Source: a virus (Duplodnaviria; Caudoviricetes). Taken from it: a stretch of 64,000 bases of DNA. A program made the position numbers and the translations under genes. Below the pieces are notes generated by a model that saw only the letters and a list, made by a program, of their open reading frames with translations, did no database searches and had not been told where the DNA came from. Where the stretch lies: the IMG/VR virus record IMGVR_UViG_2974613666_000001, positions 1-64,000 of that record; one strand, given 5' to 3'. Positions 40,330-49,758 of the stretch are shown here, one piece after another (the first letter of the stretch is position 1; every line of letters starts with the position of its first letter).

Positions 40330-40837
40330 ATCACTTATTTTGATTACTAGCTCAATTATATAAACCCAACCACATATATATGTATGACCATTTAGAAGCG
40401 ATTTGGTTCTTAAGTATGACTTGATATCCCATCAACGCCCTGACTGTGATTTAGCAAGATTACTTTTAAGTTTGTTCGATCAGCTTCTGCTATCTCAGAG
40501 CCTGAACCGTATTATTAGCAATAGCTGAGGGTGTTCCAACATTCGAGGTAAGAATAGACTGATATGAATGTTAGAACACCCTTTTAACCCTTACTATATA
40601 TACGTTCTAGCCTTACGATCTTTTTAACTAGATCCAATAATTTTTACAATGAGTGCTATTCTATCTCACTAATTAATATAATTTTTGCTATCTATTATCA
40701 AGCTACTTAATTGATTATTGTTAGGGGCGATCGCTTTAGAGACGTTAGGGTACGCTGTTTACTCCTTATTGGGGCAAAAAAGTGGTGGGTGGTGACGGGA
40801 AACAGTAAATTACTAAAAATTTGCAGCACAAATGTCT

Positions 40838-41027
40838 GGACTACAAGAGCTAAAAATAAGCTTAAGGGTCGTAGCCCTTGGGTATATTGATTTGAAAAGC
40901 TTACCTGACCCTCTCAGCCAACGTCAGGCGATCGTCTGAGGGGAAGCTTTTGTTTTTGTCATCGAGTTTTTCTGATTTCTCAGAGTTGCGTCAATACAGG
41001 TAGTCTGCGGGAATTGTCCCGGTTTTT
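40838..41027 (+). ncRNA. Candidate structured RNA with possible pseudoknot (5' end uncertain)
   Basis: Nested helices with plus-strand G.U pairs and a terminal hairpin followed by T5. Confidence 0.4.
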
Positions 41028-41029
41028 AA

Positions 41030-41753
41030 AATTTTGAGAATAGCTTTATACTTATCCGAAGTCTTCAGTAGTTCTTTTTTCACGCATCCCGGTCACAGGA
41101 GTTGGTACTCTGAAAGTTTCACCCTTTTATCCTAGTGGGTAACTTACTCTTACTCCTACCATCAGCAAGGTTCTTGAGTCGCCTGGTGAAATTCTTAGCT
41201 GGTGTCTTCTTAGCTCACTTATTGCGTCGTATTCCGCCTTCCGCTTACTTGACTTTATATACGAGAGTTCAAGTCCTCCACAGTTCGCTACACTGCTTTG
41301 TTTTGACCATTAACCAGAACTTCGTTTTATTACGGAGTTACGTTTCCGCATCAGCTTACAACCTTTTTCCTTTGGGCTAGTTTTACCGGGAACACCGCTA
41401 CCCCTCAGCTACTAAGAACTGCTATATAGTAACTTGACGCTACCCTAGCATATACTGCTTACCCTTCCAAGTTACACAGTCTTAGCACTTACTCATTCCC
41501 TCAAGGCTCCTATACTACCCATTCCTTGCAGAACTTCATACGTATCAGAGAGGTACTTGCCTGAGCATCTTTCTGGTTGCTCCGAGGTTATGCTCGGATT
41601 AGAATCTTGTTGACCTCTTTTATGAGGCTTTGCCTTACTCCCTACTCCCTGCCCTTCTAAAATAAATTAGATAGGTTGTGTTGTCGTGGTGGTTAGCATT
41701 CGCAAGATTAGCATCTGGTCACACTCGGCTTTACGCCGCAGGTATCAGATGCC
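41030..41753 (-). ncRNA. Large structured ncRNA, GOLLD-like
   Basis: No credible ORF; own sigma70 promoter; 5' stem GGCAUCUG/CAGAUGCU; many helices; 3' end GGAUGC..GAAAAAAGAA..GAAGAC..GCUAUUCUCA resembles the GOLLD 3' end as recalled. Confidence 0.6.
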
Positions 41754-41756
41754 TAA

Positions 41757-41786
41757 ATAATAGCACAGGATTTTGATATGAGTCAA
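41757..41786 (-). promoter_or_regulatory. sigma70-type promoter for the large ncRNA
   Basis: TTGACT-N18-TATTAT with an extended -10 TG. Confidence 0.7.
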
Positions 41787-41929
41787 ATGTTTTTTGTAAA
41801 TATTGCTTTGTCAGTTTTGTTTCGATCCTTATTAGGGATCGTGCCTTTGTTATAACTCCTATTTAGAAAATCAGGTAATACTGTTTCTGTTTCAATCCTT
41901 TATAGGGTTATAGCATTTTTATAGTTTAT

Positions 41930-43280
41930 TAAGTTTATAGTGGTCTAAAGCCCTACCATTTAAGATATACCATTTATTTTACAATTAATGTTGCTATTTT
42001 GTAAAATATCTAGTATACTTGAAGCAACAACATTAGCATCAGGTCGAAATGCTTAATCTTACTTACACCTACAAATTACAACCAACAGCGAAACAGATAG
42101 AAACCATAGAGCATAATCTCAACGTGTGTAAGTCTGTTTGGAACTATGCTCTATACGTCAGAAAGCTCTGGTACAATAGCCGTAGTTGTAAGATTAACCA
42201 ATGCTCTCTATTTCAGGAATATGTTGTTGAACCTTTTGAGTATCCTAACTACCATACTAAGTCTTCTGAATTAACACTTGCTAAAAAGACTAATCCTTTT
42301 CTTAAATCTGGTAATGCCCAAGCCATGCAGCAGACATTACGTAAGTTGGATAGAGCATTCAATGATATGAAGTCTAGAGGAATGGGGTTTCCTAGATACA
42401 AGAAAAAGATGAAGTCTTTTAATTTGTTAGGAGGTATATCAGTTCAAGGAAATATACTCAAGATGCCTCTACTTAAAGAGGTTAAGTTTAGAAAGTCAAG
42501 AGAAATTCCAGAAGGGTTCAAGGCTAAGCAAGTACAAATCATTAAAAAGGCAAGCGGTTACTACGCTAATTTAATGATAGAGCTTGATGTTAATGTTGCT
42601 AGTCCTACACCTCATGGTCATGCCTTGGGGATTGATGTAGGTATTCAAAACATGATAGCAACTTCCGACGGGTTGACGCTAAAAAGACCTAAGTTCCTAG
42701 ATAAAGCACTGCGTAAGATTAAATTACTACAAAGGAAGCTTAAAAAGAAAACTATTGGGTCTAATAACTGGAGAAGTCTGCAACATCGGATTGCTTTGTT
42801 ACATGAGGCTGTAGCAAATAGGCGTAAAGATTACCATTTTAAATTAGCTCACCAGTTGTGCGGAAATTCGGGAATGATATTTGTTGAAGATATTAACTTT
42901 GTAGCTTGGAGCAAAGGTTCATTTTCAAAACAGTCTCTAGATATGTGTCTAGGTCAATTCTTCAACATCCTTGAGTATGTCTGCTCTCAGACTGACACCT
43001 ACTTCAGTAAAGTAGATAAAAACTACACTTCTCAGATTTGCCCTAATTGTGGAACTCACACAGGTAAAAAAGACCTAAGTGTGAGGGTGCATAAATGTTC
43101 TGAATGTGGGTATGAGCGAGATAGAGACATAGCTGCTGCTGAAGTAATAAGAAATAGGGGTTTAGATAATATTGCGGTAGGAACTGCCGTGATTAAACAG
43201 TCCAGTAATGGCGTTCTAGCGGGGACTTCGGTCTAGTTAAGAGTCTAAATGGGAATCCCTTATCTTTAAGGGAAGTTCAA
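41930..43280 (+). mobile_element. IS200/IS605-family tnpB-only element
   Basis: Left end ...ggtctaaagccc after TTTAT; right end GAAT-hairpin-TCAA at 43253-43280; promoter TTGCTA-N17-TATACT (41991-42019). Confidence 0.8.
42049..43236 (+). CDS. tnpB: TnpB RNA-guided nuclease (intact RuvC D/E/D, Zn ribbon)
   Basis: TYTYKLQPT HTH, GIDVG, FVEDI, CPNC..CSEC, DRDIAAA. Confidence 0.93.
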   Translation: MLNLTYTYKLQPTAKQIETIEHNLNVCKSVWNYALYVRKLWYNSRSCKINQCSLFQEYVVEPFEYPNYHTKSSELTLAKKTNPFLKSGNAQAMQQTLRKLDRAFNDMKSRGMGFPRYKKKMKSFNLLGGISVQGNILKMPLLKEVKFRKSREIPEGFKAKQVQIIKKASGYYANLMIELDVNVASPTPHGHALGIDVGIQNMIATSDGLTLKRPKFLDKALRKIKLLQRKLKKKTIGSNNWRSLQHRIALLHEAVANRRKDYHFKLAHQLCGNSGMIFVEDINFVAWSKGSFSKQSLDMCLGQFFNILEYVCSQTDTYFSKVDKNYTSQICPNCGTHTGKKDLSVRVHKCSECGYERDRDIAAAEVIRNRGLDNIAVGTAVIKQSSNGVLAGTSV

Positions 43281-43380
43281 CCTAATGAGCTTCTTGCTTC
43301 TCCTTTCAGTTTCAATCACTGATAAGGGTTATAGAGTTTTTTCTGCCAAAACATATAAATTTCCGAAGATAAAATATAGT

Positions 43381-43895
43381 CTAGGTCAAATAATTGGCAC
43401 AAAGCTCAAAAGAAAGTGGCAAAATTGCATGAACATATTGCTAATACTAGAAAGGACTTTCATTGGAAAATAGCACATCAACTTTGTGATACTGCTCAAA
43501 CTATCTTTGTAGAAGATTTGAATTTAGTGGGATTGTCCAGGGGAATACTTGGCAAGCATTGTCTAGATGCTGGATGGGGACAATTCTTTGAAATTCTGGA
43601 GCAGTGTTGTTTTAAGCGTGGTGTATTTTTCCAGAAAGTAGATAGCCGAAAGACTTCTCAGATTTGCCCTAATTGTAGAATAGAAACGGGTAAAAAAGAG
43701 TTGTCACAGCGTGTTCATGTTTGTGAACATTGTGGCTATACAACTGATAGAGATGTTGCAGCCGCTCAAGTAGTTCTGATTAGAGGACTTGCAGCCGTCG
43801 GGCAGACGGTAAATATGCTTGCTGAGGGTAAATTCGTTGGAATCCCTGTGACGCAAGAATCCCCCCGGCTAGAAGCCGGGGGGAGTGTCAAGTGA
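43381..43895 (+). pseudogene. tnpB: 5'-truncated tnpB with its right end
   Basis: SNNWHKAQKKVAKLHEH...FVEDLN...CPNC..CEHC..DRDVAAA; right end gaatccccccggctagaagccgggggagtgtcaa. Confidence 0.88.
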
Positions 43896-43932
43896 ATCTT
43901 GATTTAGATGTAGCGTTGGATGAACACGAATA

Positions 43933-44367
43933 ATGCGACCGCCAATAATGATCGCCTCGCAGCGCAATCTATCCCCATTGTTAGGTTACACCGATGTCAG
44001 GTGCGATCGTGCATCTGTACTTGGTAATCCTTTTGAACTAACCCATGAGTCACAACGTCCACAAGTTTGCGCTGCTTACAAGGATTATTTTGGACGTAAT
44101 CTGGTAGCTTCTATTTTTACACCTGGTGAACCTGTGAAAGTTGGTAGTTATGGTTTGCAGATTGCTAGAACTTTTAAAAACCCAACGCCACAGCAATTTG
44201 TAGCCGAATTAAACAGGCTTTATGATTTAGCTTTATCAGGTGTGAAACTTAGGTTGCTTTGCTGGTGTAAGCCTCTACCCTGTCATGTTGATACCATTCA
44301 GGAATATTTACTTTTTTCCATTGGCTATAAGGTAGAAATAGCACCATGCCAGATCAAACTTTTTTAG
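43933..44367 (+). CDS. DUF4326 family protein
   Basis: RASVLGNPF...LLCWCKPLPCHVD. Confidence 0.85.
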   Translation: MRPPIMIASQRNLSPLLGYTDVRCDRASVLGNPFELTHESQRPQVCAAYKDYFGRNLVASIFTPGEPVKVGSYGLQIARTFKNPTPQQFVAELNRLYDLALSGVKLRLLCWCKPLPCHVDTIQEYLLFSIGYKVEIAPCQIKLF

Positions 44368-44379
44368 ATAGATAAAATA

Positions 44380-44598
44380 ATGGCATCAATAAATAGACTG
44401 AAACCTGGACAAACAGTTTACATCCCAACTAGAGGAGGGTCAGTAATAAAATATGACAGCTACATTGAAATCCACATTCAAGAAGTCAATGTTGAATCTG
44501 GTTATGTGATCGCTAAATCTGGACACATACCAGGAACCAGAAAATATAACTTATCTCAGATTAAGCAGTGGAGAATAAGTAAACCTAAATCGAAGTAA
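44380..44598 (+). CDS. Small hypothetical protein
   Basis: 72 aa followed by a terminator hairpin at ~44615-44648. Confidence 0.6.
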   Translation: MASINRLKPGQTVYIPTRGGSVIKYDSYIEIHIQEVNVESGYVIAKSGHIPGTRKYNLSQIKQWRISKPKSK

Positions 44599-44837
44599 CT
44601 TGATAATAAGCAAGATAACCTGATAGCAGCAAACTATCAGGTTATTTTATTTTTTTACCTTAAAAAACTTCACAACACCAAAAAACTCACCCAACACACC
44701 TTTCATCATCTCCTGCCTTTCCCTATGAGAGACGATCGCCTTGGAACCTGCTTTAATCCTGTTGCTGATATTATCCTTGTTCTGCTCTTCCATAACTAAT
44801 GCATGGTAAAATATTCTTACTATATCAGTTAAAACAA

Positions 44838-45266
44838 ATGGAACGATCGCCGCAACCGGGACAGATTTGGAAGCATTTCAAAGGTAATGATTATGAGGTG
44901 CTGCTAATAACTGGTATGCCTCTCATCGGCACAAATAACCCTGATTTAGATATTTTAAGGTCTTTCTGGTCTAAAGATATTAAGCACTCAGAAACTCAGG
45001 AGACACTAACCTTGATAACTGAGTTATCTAGTGACAACGTGACTACCACACACCTGATGAATTATCAGCATGAGCTACCTAAAGTTATTAAAGAACCTCA
45101 TGTGATTTACCGCAGGTGTGATCGCGCCTATCCAGATATTTGGGCGCGACCTATGGATAATTTTTTGGATATCTTGACTGTTGAGCAATTGGCAGCAGTA
45201 CAGGTTGGTAAACACAATTTGGGGTTTGGTGAAGGTTTGGATTATAGGTTCACCAGAATAAGCTAG
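44838..45266 (+). CDS. DUF1653 family protein
   Basis: PGQIWKHFKGNDYEVL...HSETQE...VIYR...IWARPMDNF. Confidence 0.8.
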   Translation: MERSPQPGQIWKHFKGNDYEVLLITGMPLIGTNNPDLDILRSFWSKDIKHSETQETLTLITELSSDNVTTTHLMNYQHELPKVIKEPHVIYRRCDRAYPDIWARPMDNFLDILTVEQLAAVQVGKHNLGFGEGLDYRFTRIS

Positions 45267-45300
45267 TACAATTAAATAAGTAAAACAAAGGTAAAACAGA

Positions 45301-46779
45301 GTGCCAAAACGCAGCAGCAACATCAAAATTCTATATCACAAAGTCCGTCCAACCTTAGACTGTCCTGATGGTATTTATGCAGCTTATACAGCCAAGCGTA
45401 AATTCCCCACAGCACAACTAATCGGTTGTATTTATCAACAAGAACCACCAAAGGTTAACGATGGTGATAAGTTAATCATCGTAGATTTTAGTTTCCCCAT
45501 AGAAGTAATCAACGGCTGGCGCGATCGCTCCTGCGAAGTAATTCTTATCGATCACCACAAAACCCTAGTGGATAAAGTGCGTGAGTATTGCACCAAAGTA
45601 TTAATGCGCTCAATGGGTGTTTACTTACAATCAACACGTAATCAGCAATCAGCTAGTAGCGAACTAAAACAAGGTGCGTCAGCTTTATTGATTGATTCTG
45701 TTTTTAGTGCCGTCCGGGAAAAGCAAGAAGTAAAAGGTCAACCAGTATTCCAAGACTTCCTTACCTTTTTACGTTTCACAGGTTTATTCACTCAAATAAA
45801 GCAGCAGCCTGTCTGGTGTGATCGTTCCACGAGTATTAATGAGGTTTTAGATTTAGACTTCAGCAGCGATCGTCCTGAAGATTATACACATGATCAGTGG
45901 GAAGTTTTTAAAGAGTTCCACACCTTAATCATTACCCAGATTGAGAAGTTTATGGATGTGAAAGGAGTAGCCAGCCTATTCAGATACTTCTCAGACGGTG
46001 AGTTAAGTTTTGATATTAAAAAGTGTGGTGCTGTGTTGACGTGGGAGTATTTCTTTCCCGATGAACCAGTGCCAGCGCTGTTACTGTTTGCACAGGATAG
46101 GGATTTGTGGGTGTGGAGATTACCCCATTCTAAGCAGATAAATGAGGCTTTAGCTCACGTTGGGCGCACTCAGGCGATTTACGATGAACTGTTACCCCTT
46201 ACTTTAGAACAGTTGACTAATCGCTTTATTGATTTAGGTAATATACTGGTCAACCCTAAGTTAGAAAAAGCCAAGGAACTAGCAGCAGGGGCAGTGTGGA
46301 GAGATATTCTAGGCTATAGAGTGTTAGTGGTTGAATTGCAGTCTCTGGATGCCTACTACTACAATGATGTGATGGAGTACCTGTACACTCACAATCCTGA
46401 CTCACCTTTTGTAGCCACTTATATTAAGTTGCCTGATGATGCTGGGTACAAGTTTAGTTTTAGATCACCTCAAATATATGATGGCTTCGATGTTAGTTCT
46501 ATTGCTGCAAAGTTCGGTGGTGGGGGGCATTTTTTTGCTGCTGGTGCTAAATTACGCAAACTACCTTGGGAGACTACTGAGACTATCGAGACTGCCGAGA
46601 CTAACTCAATAGAGTATTTGGTTAAGTCTTTTAATGGTACTGGTGCAGAAGTCACAATGGGCAATTTCCCAAATCACTACATGGCGGAAAGATTTATCCA
46701 AGAGGTGAAAATTTACCCGACTTACTGCGATCGCCCCGTGTGGTGCGACGTGGTTGTGGATGGTGAACCAGTTGTCTAG
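45301..46779 (+). CDS. DHH/DHHA1 family phosphoesterase with large insertion
   Basis: DCPDG, IVDFSF, IDHH, QDRDLW, FSFRS, FGGGGH..AAG. Confidence 0.88.
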   Translation: MPKRSSNIKILYHKVRPTLDCPDGIYAAYTAKRKFPTAQLIGCIYQQEPPKVNDGDKLIIVDFSFPIEVINGWRDRSCEVILIDHHKTLVDKVREYCTKVLMRSMGVYLQSTRNQQSASSELKQGASALLIDSVFSAVREKQEVKGQPVFQDFLTFLRFTGLFTQIKQQPVWCDRSTSINEVLDLDFSSDRPEDYTHDQWEVFKEFHTLIITQIEKFMDVKGVASLFRYFSDGELSFDIKKCGAVLTWEYFFPDEPVPALLLFAQDRDLWVWRLPHSKQINEALAHVGRTQAIYDELLPLTLEQLTNRFIDLGNILVNPKLEKAKELAAGAVWRDILGYRVLVVELQSLDAYYYNDVMEYLYTHNPDSPFVATYIKLPDDAGYKFSFRSPQIYDGFDVSSIAAKFGGGGHFFAAGAKLRKLPWETTETIETAETNSIEYLVKSFNGTGAEVTMGNFPNHYMAERFIQEVKIYPTYCDRPVWCDVVVDGEPVV

Positions 46780-46896
46780 TCCCAAACTGTTAGTAATTTT
46801 TAATATCATGTCACCACAAAAATTAAATCCTGAACAGGTCAGGGTTGGTTACAAAACTGAACTGGTTTTTCAGTTCGGCTTAATTTTTCTTGAGTT

Positions 46897-47165
46897 TTAT
46901 ACCAGATTTCCTATTTTGATATAGAAGCAAACCACAGGATCTGCATTACCAGCACCTGCAAAACCATCAGACATATATTCCTCACAAATTTCTTTTGCAA
47001 TTTGCAGTTCTTCCATATCTAATACTAGTGAGCCATCACAAACACTTAATTTCCCTGCAAGTGTAACTTCTGGTCTGTATCATCCGAGGCAACATCCCTT
47101 ATGAACTGGTTTGTTGCTTCTTTTAGAGCTTCTACTTCTGCTGCTGTAATAGGGACATTAAACAT
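46897..47165 (-). pseudogene. Small hypothetical gene with frameshift
   Basis: GAGGT RBS; MFNVPITAAEVEALKE... continues in another frame as PEVTLAGKLSVCDG...IGNLV*. Confidence 0.4.
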
Positions 47166-47868
47166 TGCGTGACCTCGTTTGGTGCAGATTTTTACTTTAC
47201 TCTCCACCGTTAAATAATGATCTTACTTTAAAACAGTTGAAACATATAGCTATACAGTTATATACTTGGTATAGTAAAAACAACTCCACTGTTACAGAAT
47301 TATCTATTAACCAGTGGAGCAATAACACATTAAAACTATGACCATTATCACACACTTTTTTGATGAGTTTGAGATTCAACAATGCGACGGCGGCACTCAG
47401 ATTGGTAAGAAGCTAATCCCACACACTTATGTTAGTGCTACTCAGATGTGCAAGGCTAACAAGAAAAAACTAGCAGATTTTGCCCGACTTAAATCAACTA
47501 AAGAGTATTGGGAGGCAGTTTCTGCGGATGTGGGGATTCCCGTTTCCGGCTTGGTGATTGAGGTTGAGGGTTCACTAAACGGTGATGCAAGCATTCAAGG
47601 TACTTGGGTTGAATTAGAAATCGCCTTAGATTTAGCTAAGTGGTGCAGCACATCTTTTAGAGTTTGGGCTAATCGTTCGTTAAGACTTTTAGTTAACGGT
47701 GATTACCAAGCCTTAACACCCGATGCTGAGGAAGCTAAACAGAAAGTTCAACTCCTCTGGAATACTATCAGGAAGTCAACTGTAGTTACACGCAGCACAA
47801 TCACAGAAATAATACCGATACGCGGGAAGCCCTGCACTTTAGTGGTGGGAGGTAAGCGAACGGCGGTT

Positions 47869-48012
47869 TTAACAGCCGTCTTCTTTGCACTCTCTAATCA
47901 GTCTTTTAATTGCTGCTGACCTACTACAACCCCAATTAGCAGCAATAGCCTCTAGTTTTTTAAGTTCAACATCATCAAGATACGCAGGAACAGGATGTTT
48001 TTTAGTTGCCAT
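47869..48012 (-). CDS. CopG/RHH-type small regulator of the IS
   Basis: MATKKHPVPAYLDDVELKKLEAIAANWGCSRSAAIKRLIRECKEDGC. Confidence 0.75.
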   Translation of the reverse strand: MATKKHPVPAYLDDVELKKLEAIAANWGCSRSAAIKRLIRECKEDGC

Positions 48013-48066
48013 ATATAATAATAAAGTGTAAATACTATGTTATTATATATTAAGGAGGTAAGAAAA

Positions 48067-49320
48067 ATGTTTGGATGTCAACAAAATCTAATTAATCCTG
48101 ACAAAGAAATAAAAGCGATACTTGAATTTCTTTGCAGTGAGTCCCAAAAACTAACTAATTGCGGGATCTATTATTCCCGGCAATTGTTTTTCAAGACTGG
48201 CAAAATCCCTAGTCGTGCTGATTTGCATAAAGAACTAGGTACAAGGAATTTAAACCCGCACTATCAGGCTTTTTACTCTGATACAGCACAACAAATCCTA
48301 ACTACCGTAGCTGAGTCGTTTAAGTCGTTTTTTGGATCACTCAAAGCCGTTAAAGCTGGTAAAGTAACCCAAAAACCTAAACTGCCAAAATACCGTAAAG
48401 GTGGTATGGCATTAGTGACTTATACAGGTCGTTCCGTAAAGCTTGAAAACGAATTACTGCGTTTCCCCCTTGGTTCTAAGGTTAGGGCGTGGTTTGGTAT
48501 TGACGCTTTTTATCTACCAATGCCATCAAACCTTGATCACAAATCAATCAGAGAATATCGGATATTGCCTAGAAATGGCTGCTTCTATCTTGAATTAGTC
48601 TATAAAACTGAACTAATTCAGGCAGAGGTTAATCCTAGCAATGCTTTGATGATTGATCATGGCATGAATAACTGGCTAACCTGTGTTAGCAATGTTGGCA
48701 CGAGTTTTATTGTTGATGGCAAGCATCTAAAATCTATCAATCAAGGTTATAACAAGCGTGTTGCGTCTTTGACGGAAGGAAAGGCTAACGGATATTGGAC
48801 TAAACGTTTAGCCAATATTACTGAAAAGCGTAACCGTACTATGCGAGATGCTATCAACAAAGCAGCCAGAAAAGTTGTTAGGCATTGCTTGGATAGCAAG
48901 ATTGGTACAATTATTTTTGGTTGGAATGTTGGGCAAAAAGACGGCGCTAATATGGGAGCGAAGACTAACCAAAAGTTTGTCCAGATTCCTACAGGTCGCC
49001 TTAAAGAAAGAATTAAACAACTGTGTGAGCAGTATGGCCTTCAGTTTGTAGAAACTGAAGAGTCATATACTTCCAAGGCTTCGTTTATTGATAGAGATTT
49101 TCTACCTACGTTCGGCGAAAAACCTGAAGGGTGGAAAGAATCTGGTAAGCGAGTTAAGCGTGGTTTGTACCGTACTGCTCAAGGCTATTTGATTAATGCA
49201 GACTGTAATGGCGCTGCAAATATGGGTAGAAAAAACGTAGCGGTGATGCTTGGACTAAATCTAAGCGGAATCAGTAGAGGCGATTTGTCAGCGCCTTTAA
49301 GACTTAAATTATGGTCTTAA
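48067..49320 (+). CDS. tnpB: TnpB RNA-guided nuclease
   Basis: MFGCQQNL start (ORF track gives 48037), MIDHG, EESYTSKAS, INADCNGA. Confidence 0.92.
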   Translation: MFGCQQNLINPDKEIKAILEFLCSESQKLTNCGIYYSRQLFFKTGKIPSRADLHKELGTRNLNPHYQAFYSDTAQQILTTVAESFKSFFGSLKAVKAGKVTQKPKLPKYRKGGMALVTYTGRSVKLENELLRFPLGSKVRAWFGIDAFYLPMPSNLDHKSIREYRILPRNGCFYLELVYKTELIQAEVNPSNALMIDHGMNNWLTCVSNVGTSFIVDGKHLKSINQGYNKRVASLTEGKANGYWTKRLANITEKRNRTMRDAINKAARKVVRHCLDSKIGTIIFGWNVGQKDGANMGAKTNQKFVQIPTGRLKERIKQLCEQYGLQFVETEESYTSKASFIDRDFLPTFGEKPEGWKESGKRVKRGLYRTAQGYLINADCNGAANMGRKNVAVMLGLNLSGISRGDLSAPLRLKLWS

Positions 49321-49520
49321 GAATCTCAGTCGCTTCAGCGCTGAGAGTGTCAACAATCGAGAGACTATCTAACTGCTGACTGTCTCAAGCGTATTGATTT
49401 TGTAGAAGCTGCTATCTGTTTGCAAATTGATAATGATGTGGAACCCAACAAAGCCGTTATGCGAGCTATCGCTGTAAACCACATCAAAAGAATGATGCCG
49501 AAAAGGAAAGAGGTTTAAGT

Positions 49521-49697
49521 ATGAGTAACGACATGGATCGGATACAGATAAATTTTAGAGCGAGAGTCAAACACAAGAAGAAGCTGGAGCGCTGGGCTAA
49601 TGCTTCCAATACCACCACATCAGCCATAATTCTGAAGCTGATTGAAAACTTGCCGGAGGATGCGATCGTCCTTGAGGTTCCAGCTAGGTTGGATTAA
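49521..49697 (+). CDS. 58-aa RHH-like DNA-binding protein
   Basis: IQINFR....KKKLERWA....TTTSAIILKLIE. Confidence 0.6.
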   Translation: MSNDMDRIQINFRARVKHKKKLERWANASNTTTSAIILKLIENLPEDAIVLEVPARLD

Positions 49698-49701
49698 ATA
49701 A

Positions 49702-49742
49702 AAAATAACCCTGTAGCCGTTACAAACTACAGGGTTATTTTT
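49702..49742. terminator. Bidirectional terminator
   Basis: aaaataaccctgtag-ccgttacaaa-ctacagggttatttt between convergent genes. Confidence 0.8.
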
Positions 49743-49758
49743 GTTTTGGTAGGTATGT

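Larger units (their letters stand above)
41819..43345. CRISPR. Degenerate CRISPR mini-array (3 repeats, 2 spacers) split by an IS insertion
   Basis: Repeats 41819-41856, 41889-41924 and 43309-43345 all GTTTC(A/G)ATC...AGGG(A/T)T..., like cyanobacterial GTTTCAATCCCTnATAGGGATT repeats; period 70 nt, and 69 nt after removing the IS. Confidence 0.7.
47810..49353 (+). mobile_element. IS200/IS605-family element (tnpB plus divergent RHH gene, no tnpA)
   Basis: Interrupts KilA-N; right end gaatctcagtcgcttcagcgctgagagtgtcaa; left end approximate. Confidence 0.82.
47338..49518 (+). pseudogene. KilA-N domain gene disrupted by a tnpB element
   Basis: KilA-N to ...RSTITE (~47807); C-terminus SRDYLTADCLKRIDFVEAAIC resumes at ~49357 and matches paralog 8876..9647. 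Confidence 0.85.

Noticed and set aside
40720-41030. tmRNA or tRNA
   Set aside because: A GGGGC start exists, but there is no T-arm/CCA end or cloverleaf
41135-41380. 81-aa ORF from the track
   Set aside because: Antisense to the promoter-driven structured RNA, with no RBS or recognisable motif
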